Positions 55,716 through 64,000 of a stretch of DNA of 64,000 nt are shown here, one piece after another. Numbering within the stretch: the first letter of the stretch is position 1; every line of letters begins with the position of its first letter. Source of the stretch: Alphaproteobacteria bacterium (GTDB taxonomy: Bacteria > Pseudomonadota > Alphaproteobacteria > RF32 > CAG-239); the NCBI GenBank assembly GCA_045634545.1, contig JAZRAL010000004.1:2359-66358 (forward strand), in the 5' to 3' direction. The notes beneath the pieces were generated by a model. The model made no database searches, was not told the DNA's origin, and saw nothing but the letters and a program-made list of their open reading frames with translations. The position numbers were made by a program, and so were the translations under genes.

Positions 55716-56501
55716 ATGGAACAGTTAAACACTATTGATGTTATTATTTTAGTTGGGATTGCTCTTTCTATGATGGTGGCATTTATTAGAGGTTTTGTTA
55801 AAGAGGTTTTATCTATAACAGGGCTTATTTTGTTTGTTCTTTGTGTTATTTATATATCTCCATCTTTTACAGAGTGGCTTAAGATATTTATTAAGAGCGA
55901 AATGATGTCTAAATTTGTGGCATTTTTAGTTATTATGGCGGTTTTTTATGCTATTTGGATTATAAGTACAGATAAGCTTATATCAAAAATAAGAACTAGC
56001 ACTTTGAGTTTTATGGATAGATTGTTTGGTTTGATTTTTGGTTTTTTAAGAGCATTAATTATTCTTGGTTTTTGTTTTTTACTTGTAAAAATTATACTTC
56101 CAGAAGAATTAAAAGAAAAACCATTGAGCGAATCTAAGTTTTTTGTGATATCTAAAACTTCATCAGAGATAATTGAAGCATTTATTCCTGAAAAAGTAAT
56201 AAAAGATGCATTTAAATCTGTTGAAGACCTAAACAAGGTAAAAGATAGTAAAGACAAGAAAGATGATAGTAAAAAAGAATCTGATAAAAAAGAAGAAATA
56301 AAGGAAGAAAAAACAGAAAATGCGATAAAAGAACTTCCTTCTAAATCTGACCAAGAGCAAATGAACAAGATGTTTGATTTGCTAGTTAAACCAGAGATAA
56401 AGAAAATATCTAATGGAAATAAAACTAATGAAGATAATAAAGGATATGATAAAAAAGAAACGTCTGATTTAGATAAACTGATTGATAAAACTATTGAATA
56501 A
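55716..56501 (+). CDS. cvpA: CvpA family protein with charged C-terminal extension
   Basis: DVIIL...RGFVKEVLS, DRLFG.IFG..R; follows radA. Confidence 0.88.
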   Translation: MEQLNTIDVIILVGIALSMMVAFIRGFVKEVLSITGLILFVLCVIYISPSFTEWLKIFIKSEMMSKFVAFLVIMAVFYAIWIISTDKLISKIRTSTLSFMDRLFGLIFGFLRALIILGFCFLLVKIILPEELKEKPLSESKFFVISKTSSEIIEAFIPEKVIKDAFKSVEDLNKVKDSKDKKDDSKKESDKKEEIKEEKTENAIKELPSKSDQEQMNKMFDLLVKPEIKKISNGNKTNEDNKGYDKKETSDLDKLIDKTIE

Positions 56502-56528
56502 AAAAAGCGGGAAATTCCCGCCTTTTTT
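56501..56528. terminator. Bidirectional intrinsic terminator between cvpA and tyrS
   Basis: A-run, GCGGGA-AAT-TCCCGC, then C and a T6 run. Confidence 0.8.
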
Positions 56529-57780
56529 ATTTTAGAACTAGAAGACCGTGCTTTTTCTTACCTTGTGATAATTTTATCTTATCTTCTTCTATATCTTTTG
56601 GTGTAATAACATAGTTTTCGTCTGTGATTACTTTATCGTTTAATTTCAAACCAGATTGCTTAATTAAACGACGAGCTTCGCCTTTGCTTGACACAAAACC
56701 AATCATTACAAATGCATCTAAAACACTAACACCATCAGCAGAAGCTTCTATAGTTGGTAAATCTGCACTTGCGATACCTTTTTCAAAAGTTTCTATTGCT
56801 GTTTTTTGTGCATTTAATGCTTCTTGTTCACCACGACAAATTTTAGTTGCTTCAAATGCTAAAATCTTTTTAGCTTCATTTATTTCTTGGTCTTGAAGAG
56901 CCTCTAGACGTCTTACTTCATCCATTGGAAGGTCTGTATAAATGCGCAAACATTTGCCAACCTCTTTATCTCCAATATTTCTAAAGTATTGGAAATAATC
57001 ATATGATGAAAGTTTTTCATCATTTATCCATACAGCATTACCTTCTGATTTACCCATTTTTTTACCATTAGAATCGGTAATAATTGGGCTTGTGAAACCG
57101 AATAACTCTGTATCGAATCTACGTCTACCAAGTTCTGTTCCAGACACAATATTTCCCCATTGGTCTGCACCAGCTATTTGTGCACGACAACCATATTTTT
57201 GTAATAAAACGCAGAAGTCATAACCTTGTAATAACATGTAGTTAAACTCAAGGAATGACATTGGTTGTTCTCTTTCTAATCTTGATTTTACGCTATCCAT
57301 TGTCAACATTCTATTTACTGAATAGCATGTACCAATATCTCTTAAAAACTCTAGGTAGTTTATATTTTTAAACCAATCATAGTTATCTACCATTACAGCA
57401 TCTGTTTTACCATCTCCAAATGTTAAAAACTTCATAAATGATTTTTTTAAGCCTTTAATGTTAGATTGTAGAGTTTCTTCATCCAAGAATGGACGTAATT
57501 TATCTTTACCAGAAGGGTCTCCAATGCGAGCTGTTGCGCCTCCTACTAATGTTAATGGCTTATGTCCACATTTTTGAAACCATCTTAACATCATTAATGG
57601 CACAATATGACCAACGTGAAGACTATCTCCTGTTGGGTCTGAACCAAGGTAACCCACCGCTGGAATGCCTTTTTTTTCGCATTCTGCTAAGTAATCATCA
57701 AAACCTTGCTCGTTTGTACATTGGTTGTAAAAACCACGTTCTTGCATAATATTTAAAAATTCTGATTTAAAAGTTGTCAT
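56527..57780 (-). CDS. tyrS: Tyrosine--tRNA ligase
   Basis: DPTGDSLHVGH (HIGH), QGYDF, GADQWGNI, KMGKS, C-terminal S4 domain. Confidence 0.98.
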   Translation of the reverse strand: MTTFKSEFLNIMQERGFYNQCTNEQGFDDYLAECEKKGIPAVGYLGSDPTGDSLHVGHIVPLMMLRWFQKCGHKPLTLVGGATARIGDPSGKDKLRPFLDEETLQSNIKGLKKSFMKFLTFGDGKTDAVMVDNYDWFKNINYLEFLRDIGTCYSVNRMLTMDSVKSRLEREQPMSFLEFNYMLLQGYDFCVLLQKYGCRAQIAGADQWGNIVSGTELGRRRFDTELFGFTSPIITDSNGKKMGKSEGNAVWINDEKLSSYDYFQYFRNIGDKEVGKCLRIYTDLPMDEVRRLEALQDQEINEAKKILAFEATKICRGEQEALNAQKTAIETFEKGIASADLPTIEASADGVSVLDAFVMIGFVSSKGEARRLIKQSGLKLNDKVITDENYVITPKDIEEDKIKLSQGKKKHGLLVLK

Positions 57781-57857
57781 TTTTTCTTTCCTATAACTAA
57801 ATTTTAAGGCATTTTAACATAATAATTTTATATTACAATTACAAAGAGGGATTTTTT

Positions 57858-58961
57858 ATGATAATTAAAGGATTAAACTGTCTTGGATTGATGGGGGCTT
57901 CTACATTTGGTGGTGTTGAGCTTGCTCTTATTCATACAGATGGTTTAGATATAACAGAAAGAATAAAAGAAACAAACATACCCTACCCTGATGAATTAAA
58001 AGAAAAAATATGCTCTGTTTTAGGATTAAGAAGAGATATTGATGATAATGAAGAAAAGCTAAAAGAAGTTGATTTACTTGTTTCTGATTTTTATATCAAA
58101 ATAATAAATGATTTTATTTTAGAAAGTGGTGTTGATGTAGATGTTATAGGAATTGATGGTATTACTATTTTTCACAATCCCAACATAAAATACACTTATC
58201 AACTTGGTAATGGTCGTTATATTGCAAAAAAAACAGGAATTAAGGTTGTTACTCACTTTAGAAATGCAGATATTTTGAATGGGGGACAAGGTACTCCGAT
58301 TTCTTCTACTTATTTTAACGCTATTTCTACTGATGAAATAAAACCTATTGTTTATGTTAATATTTCTGGAAAAAGTAGTCTTACTTGGATTGGCTCTTTT
58401 GGTGAGTTTGTTGGTTTTGATTGTGGTCCTGGAGATAATTTTATAAATAATTGGACATCTAAGCATGCAAACATGGATAACGACTACAATGGTAGACTTG
58501 CGGCTATGGGCAATGTTCATGTAAAAATTGTGAATTCTTTGATGCATCATAAGTTTTTTGCTAAATTTCCTCCTAAATCTGCTTATACTGGTATTTTTTC
58601 TGAAAAAGCAGAGCATTTAGAGGGGTTATCTTTGGAAGATGGTGCTGCAACTGCAACTGCTTTTGTTGCTGAAGCTATTTGTTATTCTATTTGTCTTTAT
58701 TTACCTGAGCTCCCTCAAAAAGTTGTTATTTGCGGGAAAGGGGCTAATAATCCGACTTTAGTTAGATTTATAAGACAAAGACTTCCAAATATTGAGGTTG
58801 TTGTTAGTAAAGAAGATGGTATAACAACAACAGCTATTAATGCAGAAGTTGCGGCATTTTTGAGTGCGAGATCAATATATTCTTTACCCATAACTTTCCC
58901 GTCAACAACCGGTGTTACAAACTCTATGTCTGGAGGAGATATTTATGAAAACGACAACTAA
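57858..58961 (+). CDS. anmK: Anhydro-N-acetylmuramic acid kinase homolog, divergent active-site motifs
   Basis: Divergent from tyrS; GLMG, FRNADI..GGQG.P, FDCGPG, PPKS, TFPSTTG. Confidence 0.8.
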   Translation: MIIKGLNCLGLMGASTFGGVELALIHTDGLDITERIKETNIPYPDELKEKICSVLGLRRDIDDNEEKLKEVDLLVSDFYIKIINDFILESGVDVDVIGIDGITIFHNPNIKYTYQLGNGRYIAKKTGIKVVTHFRNADILNGGQGTPISSTYFNAISTDEIKPIVYVNISGKSSLTWIGSFGEFVGFDCGPGDNFINNWTSKHANMDNDYNGRLAAMGNVHVKIVNSLMHHKFFAKFPPKSAYTGIFSEKAEHLEGLSLEDGAATATAFVAEAICYSICLYLPELPQKVVICGKGANNPTLVRFIRQRLPNIEVVVSKEDGITTTAINAEVAAFLSARSIYSLPITFPSTTGVTNSMSGGDIYENDN

Positions 58962-59712
58962 AAACACAGAAAAAAGCTTGCAAGTATCTGGACTTTGTAA
59001 AGCCTATGAAAATATTGTTGCTCTTTGTGATGTATCTTTTGACGTAGAGAAAGGTGATGTTGTTGCTCTTTTAGGTCCAAACGGGGCTGGAAAATCAACT
59101 TTAATGAATATTATTGCAGGTTATTTAGCACCTTGTGATGGAAAAGTTTATATTGATGGTAAAGATATTTCTAAAAACGATATTGAGACAAAAAAGAATA
59201 TAGGTTTTTTATCTGAAGGCGCTCCTTTGTATGCAGATATGAGCGTTAAAATGTTTTTAAAATATATTATTGAACTAAAGCTAAGCCATTTATTAGATGA
59301 AAACAAAAAAGAAAGGGTAGAAAAAGAATTAAATAGAATTGTTGAGGTTGCTAATATTAATACTGTGTTAGAGCAAAAAATTGATACACTATCTAAGGGA
59401 TATACAAGAAGAGTTGGTTTTGCTCAAAGCATTATTGGAGACCCTAATATTTTACTTCTTGATGAACCAACTGATGGCCTTGATCCTAACCAAAAAGACC
59501 ATATGAAAAAACTTATAAAGGATATGGGGAAAGGAAAGACTATTATTGTTTCTACCCATCTTCTTGATGAAGCTCAAAGTATTGCTAACCGCATTATCTT
59601 GATTAATAAGGGTAAAATTGTTGCAGATGGAAGTTTAAAAGAAATACTAAAACAAACAAAATGTTCATCTTTAGAAGATGCTTTTAGATATCTCACACAA
59701 AAAGGAGAGTAA
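58945..59712 (+). CDS. ABC transporter ATPase (GldA-like)
   Basis: GPNGAGKST, LSKGYTRRVG, LLDEPTDGLDPNQ, STHLLDE. Start set at ATG 58945 after GGAGGAG. Confidence 0.92.
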   Translation: MKTTTKNTEKSLQVSGLCKAYENIVALCDVSFDVEKGDVVALLGPNGAGKSTLMNIIAGYLAPCDGKVYIDGKDISKNDIETKKNIGFLSEGAPLYADMSVKMFLKYIIELKLSHLLDENKKERVEKELNRIVEVANINTVLEQKIDTLSKGYTRRVGFAQSIIGDPNILLLDEPTDGLDPNQKDHMKKLIKDMGKGKTIIVSTHLLDEAQSIANRIILINKGKIVADGSLKEILKQTKCSSLEDAFRYLTQKGE

Positions 59713-59716
59713 CGTT

Positions 59717-62700
59717 ATGAATAAAATTAAAACTATCATAAAATATGAATTAATTAGATATTTTACATCTCCTATTGCATATGTATATTTGATTAGCTTT
59801 TTACTTTTGAGTGGTTCTCTTGCTATTTATTTTGGTGATTTTTTTAACAAAGGACAAGCTTCTCTCTGGAGCTTTTTTGACTACCAACCTTGGATTTATC
59901 TGTTGTTTATTCCTGGAATTGCTATGCGTTCTTGGTCTGAAGAATTTAAATCTAAGACTATAATTCAATTATTATCTATGCCATTGTCGTTATCGGAGAT
60001 TGTTTGGGGTAAATTTTTAGCTTCGTGGTGTTTTGCGGGAATTGCTTTGTTGCTTACTTTCCCCTTTTGGATAACAGTAAATATCTTTGGAACACCTGAT
60101 AATACTGTAATTTTGATTGGATATATTGGTTGTTTTGTTTTGTGTGGAGCAATGCTTGCTATATCTCAAACAATGTCTGCTGTTACTAAAAATCCGGTAA
60201 TTGCTCTTGTTTTAGCGGTTTTTGTTAACCTTATGTTCTTTTGGAGTAGTTTTGAATATATTTTATTTTGGGCAAGAGAATTATTTAGTGATGTTGTTGT
60301 TGATACCATTATATCATTTAGCTTTTTAATTAGATTTTTTTCTTTAAGTAGAGGTTTGGTTGAGCTAAGAGATTTAATCTATTTTGGTTCTTTGATTGTA
60401 TTTTTTAATATTTTAACCATATTTATTATTGGTTTGAAAACTAAAGGAAATTCTAATCTTGTTTGTTCTGTAAAACCAAAGCATAGTTTTGTTTATCTTG
60501 CTTTATTATTTATTGGATTTTTTGGAATTAACATTATTGCGAATAATGCTTTTAGACTAATTAATTATGATTTTACGGAAGAAAAGCATTTAAGCTTAAC
60601 AAAAAACACCAAAGATATTTTAAGAAATCTAAAGAGACCTGTTGTTGCTAAGCTATATTATTCTCCTATTTTGGAACAAAGAAATCCTAATGTTAGGCAG
60701 ATTTTCGATAAAGTAAAACTTATGCTTAAACAATATAAATATTATGCTGGTGGAAACTTTGATTACAAAATTTATAATCCTGTTTATTTAGGTAAAGACG
60801 AAGACAAAGCTTTAGCAGATGGGTTGCAACCTATTCCTCTTGTAGATATAAACCAAAATGCTCTTTTTGGTATTAGTTTTTCTGATAGCTTAATGAATAA
60901 ATCTGTTATACCTTTTATAGCGTTGGAGCGTTTAGGTTTTCTTGAGCAAGATTTTTCAACAGCTATTTATAAACTTCATCATAAAAAGAAAACTTTAGGT
61001 GTTTTATCTTCTCTTCCTGTTTATGGCGGAGAGTTTTTTGAAAATGTATTAATGAAAAAATGGGAGGTTATGAGTTTAATTGATGAGCTTTATGATGTTA
61101 AGTTAATAAAAACAGAAGATGACTTAAATCAAAAGTTTGATGTTTTTATGCTTATTCATCCTCAAAACTTACCGGATAGTGTTATTGAAAAAATAAAAGA
61201 GCAAAAAAAGGTTTTCCTTGTTCTTGATGTTGCAGATGATGCCTCTATGCTTTATTCTCCTCTTGGTGGAAGCTTTATTGCATCTAAACTTGGAGAACTT
61301 TCTGATTACTGGGGAATAGATTTTTATGACTTAGGTGTTGCGGCTGATTTTGATAATTCTATTACCGTTGATGAAACGAAAGATTATAATAAAAATCCAT
61401 CATTTACTCAAGACTTGCTACAATTTAAAATTGGAAGTAGTGAATTTAATCCGAATCATAGAATAACATATAAATTAAATGATATTTTGTTTTCTACTGC
61501 CTCTATGGTTTTCCCAAAAGAAGGGGCTGATGTGGCGTTTTTTCCTCTCGTTAAGACAAGTTCTAATTCTTCTTTTATTGATTCTGAATTTGTAAGACAA
61601 AAAAAATCCCCTAGAGAGATTTTAGAAAAATTTTCTCCTAGTAATGGCGTTATTGTTTTAGCTGCTGAGTTTTTGAGTAATAATCCTCACAAACCTTTTG
61701 ATATTATTGCTATTGCTGATAGTGATATTATGTATGATGCTTTTTGGAGTAAAGAAACTAAATTTCTTAATAAAACATATCATATTCCTATGTTTGATAA
61801 TGCTAACTTTGTACTAAATGCTTTAGATTATTTGGCAGAAAATGATGATTTAATAGCTCTAAGAGGTAAAAGCGTAAAAAATAGACCTTTCTATAAGATT
61901 GAAAATATGCGTAAAATGAATACTTATCGCTACAAACTACGTGAAAATGATATATTCAACGCTATTGATGGAGCAAAACATAATTTAAATGAAATTATTG
62001 CTAAAGTTGCTTTTGAAGAAAGAAACACATTTAATGCTGACGAACTAGCCATAATAGGTGGAATAAGAAAAGAAATATCCGACCTTAAAAAGCAACTTAG
62101 TGATTTGAAAATAAATGCAAATAACGATATTAAAAAAATAGAAATACTCGTTAAGTTTTTTAATATTTACTTTTTTTCTTTGGTTATTCTTGTTGGAATA
62201 TTATTATTTAATATAAAAAATAAGAATCTATCTCTTAATGCGTTAAAAAATATTGTTTTCTGGAACAATAATTTATTAAAACTTTTGCTTGTTGTTGTTT
62301 TTATTACAAGTGTTGCAGGTGTTTGTGTTTATTTAGATAATAACAATAGTATTTCTGGGTATGAAGGAAAATTTGTTTTTAAAGACTTTAACAAAAAAAT
62401 AAATAATATTACTAACATCTCTTTAAAAGGTAGTAATAACGAGCTTAATTTTATAAAAGAAAATGGTGTTTGGAAAATAGTTGGTGATGAAAAACTACCT
62501 ATTTATCAAGAAAGAATTAGAAGTTTTCTTGTTAATTTAAGTAATATGATTTTTTATGAAAAAAAATCTGATAAAGTAGAAGATATGAAGTATTTTGGTT
62601 TTTCTCCTTTAAAAAACGATAAATCACCAATGATTGAGGTATCTTTATCTGATGATAAAGGAGAGCTTATTGAAAAATTTGATATTGGTTGGCACGATAT

Positions 62701-63166
62701 TGACTTAGGAAGAGATTCTAAGGCTGCTTTTATTAGATTAGTTAATCAATTCCAAGTTTGGATGGTTGAAGTGGATTTTTATGACTTATCTCTAAAAAAA
62801 GAGTTTTGGACTTATAGTACCTTATGGAACTTAAGGTTTGGTAGATTTGTAAGTTATAATGATATTAATGAAGAAAAAGACATAATGAACATCGTAAAAA
62901 ACTTACTCAACACAACTATCATTGATGTAAAAGACGATATTGATGGAAAATTTGAAGGAAAAATATCTATAAAAGCAGAAAACAACAATGATATTGAAAT
63001 ATTATTCTATTCTACTAAAGACAATAAGTTTTTTGCTAAATATGAGTTTTTAACAGAGACAAACGGAAAACATTTGAAATTTTTTGCAAACAGCATAAAA
63101 GATAAGTTTGTTGAAATTTCTGAAGAAAATTGGAAGAAGCTAAAAAATGACATCATCTCAAAATAA
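59717..63166 (+). CDS. GldF-GldG-DUF4340 triple fusion (ABC permease + auxiliary periplasmic domains)
   Basis: ELIRYFTSPIAY/MRSWSEE (GldF); DFTEEKHLSLT..T..IL..L, NANFVLNALDYL (GldG); second TM then ITNISL...W...P...MKYFG (DUF4340). Single open frame; start ATG 59717 after AGGAG. Confidence 0.85.
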   Translation: MNKIKTIIKYELIRYFTSPIAYVYLISFLLLSGSLAIYFGDFFNKGQASLWSFFDYQPWIYLLFIPGIAMRSWSEEFKSKTIIQLLSMPLSLSEIVWGKFLASWCFAGIALLLTFPFWITVNIFGTPDNTVILIGYIGCFVLCGAMLAISQTMSAVTKNPVIALVLAVFVNLMFFWSSFEYILFWARELFSDVVVDTIISFSFLIRFFSLSRGLVELRDLIYFGSLIVFFNILTIFIIGLKTKGNSNLVCSVKPKHSFVYLALLFIGFFGINIIANNAFRLINYDFTEEKHLSLTKNTKDILRNLKRPVVAKLYYSPILEQRNPNVRQIFDKVKLMLKQYKYYAGGNFDYKIYNPVYLGKDEDKALADGLQPIPLVDINQNALFGISFSDSLMNKSVIPFIALERLGFLEQDFSTAIYKLHHKKKTLGVLSSLPVYGGEFFENVLMKKWEVMSLIDELYDVKLIKTEDDLNQKFDVFMLIHPQNLPDSVIEKIKEQKKVFLVLDVADDASMLYSPLGGSFIASKLGELSDYWGIDFYDLGVAADFDNSITVDETKDYNKNPSFTQDLLQFKIGSSEFNPNHRITYKLNDILFSTASMVFPKEGADVAFFPLVKTSSNSSFIDSEFVRQKKSPREILEKFSPSNGVIVLAAEFLSNNPHKPFDIIAIADSDIMYDAFWSKETKFLNKTYHIPMFDNANFVLNALDYLAENDDLIALRGKSVKNRPFYKIENMRKMNTYRYKLRENDIFNAIDGAKHNLNEIIAKVAFEERNTFNADELAIIGGIRKEISDLKKQLSDLKINANNDIKKIEILVKFFNIYFFSLVILVGILLFNIKNKNLSLNALKNIVFWNNNLLKLLLVVVFITSVAGVCVYLDNNNSISGYEGKFVFKDFNKKINNITNISLKGSNNELNFIKENGVWKIVGDEKLPIYQERIRSFLVNLSNMIFYEKKSDKVEDMKYFGFSPLKNDKSPMIEVSLSDDKGELIEKFDIGWHDIDLGRDSKAAFIRLVNQFQVWMVEVDFYDLSLKKEFWTYSTLWNLRFGRFVSYNDINEEKDIMNIVKNLLNTTIIDVKDDIDGKFEGKISIKAENNNDIEILFYSTKDNKFFAKYEFLTETNGKHLKFFANSIKDKFVEISEENWKKLKNDIISK

Positions 63167-64000
63167 TTATTTATTGAAAAAAAGCGCTGCAATGGCAAGT
63201 GTTTTTGTGGCTGTTATGCTTATTATATTAAAACTTATTGCTTTTATTAAAACTGATTCGTTGGCTGTTTTTTCATCTCTTATTGATAGTGTAACAGATT
63301 TGTTTGCTTCTTTTATTTCTGGTGTAGCTGTTTATTTTTCTATGAAACCTGCAACTTGTAAACATCGATACGGATATGGTAAATCAGAAGCTTTGAGTGC
63401 TTTATTGCAAGCTATTTTTGTTGGTGCTTCTGGTGTTTTTGTTATTTTTGATGGTATAAATAGGCTTTTTAACCCTGTTGAGGTAGCACAAACTGGTGTT
63501 GGCATATATGTAATGCTTTTTAGTATTTTTAGTACGGTTATTTTGGTTTGTTATCAATCTTATGTAGCAAAAAAGACCAACTCTCTTGCTATAAAAGCCG
63601 ACATGGCTCATTATGTTGTTGACTTTTTAACCAATGGAACTGTTGTTGTTTCTTTGGTTTTAGTTAAAGTTTTTGGGTTTGTATATTTTGACGTTATTGC
63701 GGCTTTGTTTATATCTCTTTATTTATTGTATAATGCTTATGAATTGGGGAAGGAATCTATTGAGCAAATAATTGATACTGAACTTAGTGATGAGATTAGA
63801 AACAATATTGAGAATATTGCTGTTAGTTGTGATGGTGTACAAGGTGTTCATGATTTAAGAACAAGAAATGCTGGTGAGGTTTATTACATTGAACTTCATA
63901 TTGAAATGGATGGATATATTTCTTTAACAAGCGCACATAAAATTACAGATAATGTTGAAAAGATGTTATTACGTGAATACCCAAACAGCCAAATACTAAT
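63147..64000 (+). CDS. fieF: Cation diffusion facilitator FieF-like (partial; absent from ORF track)
   Basis: Hand translation MTSSQNNYLLKKSAAMASV...SLIDSVTD...HRYGYGKSEA...ADMAHYVVD...VHDLRTR...IELHIE; runs off the window end. Confidence 0.88.
   Translation, partial: MTSSQNNYLLKKSAAMASVFVAVMLIILKLIAFIKTDSLAVFSSLIDSVTDLFASFISGVAVYFSMKPATCKHRYGYGKSEALSALLQAIFVGASGVFVIFDGINRLFNPVEVAQTGVGIYVMLFSIFSTVILVCYQSYVAKKTNSLAIKADMAHYVVDFLTNGTVVVSLVLVKVFGFVYFDVIAALFISLYLLYNAYELGKESIEQIIDTELSDEIRNNIENIAVSCDGVQGVHDLRTRNAGEVYYIELHIEMDGYISLTSAHKITDNVEKMLLREYPNSQIL

Noticed and set aside
57780-57858. T-box or CtrA site upstream of tyrS
   Set aside because: Region too short for a T-box; TTAA pairs are spaced N6, not the N7 of CtrA boxes.

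Overview
AT-rich (roughly 30% GC by eye), densely packed chromosomal window from an alphaproteobacterium. Gene content and linkages (rluD-rpoH, lpxC-bamD-recN, tyrS/anmK, fzlA, short HprK) fit a reduced Rhodospirillales/RF32-like gut lineage, but that assignment is inference. Most genes are housekeeping or envelope: ligA, rluD, rpoH, an RND tripartite pump, tgt, recN, bamD, lpxC, RNase P RNA, glmM, tolQRA, gpmI-envC-ctpA-rppH, bat genes, tsaE, hprK, mlaEF, radA, cvpA, tyrS, a Gld-like ABC system and FieF. I found no IS, integrase, tRNA, rRNA or CRISPR. Best candidates for new biology: (1) a minus-strand module (3056-11111) around a solo VirD4-type coupling ATPase, with no relaxase or VirB genes nearby. 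It includes two paralogous membrane proteins (one carrying a degenerate NERD-like domain), a 695-aa repeat protein and a possible BID-like protein. (2) A complete leader-peptide attenuator (promoter, 26-aa leader, alternative 1:2, 2:3 and 3:4 stems, U-tract) controlling a GNAT acetyltransferase missed by the ORF track. Also notable: several apparent pseudo-enzymes (FlhG/MinD-like, AnmK, SNase, NERD, receiver), a GldF-GldG-DUF4340 triple fusion, bat genes without MoxR/DUF58, tgt-LOG coupling, and rearrangement scars around the dcw locus. Family calls come from recalled motifs, not database searches.
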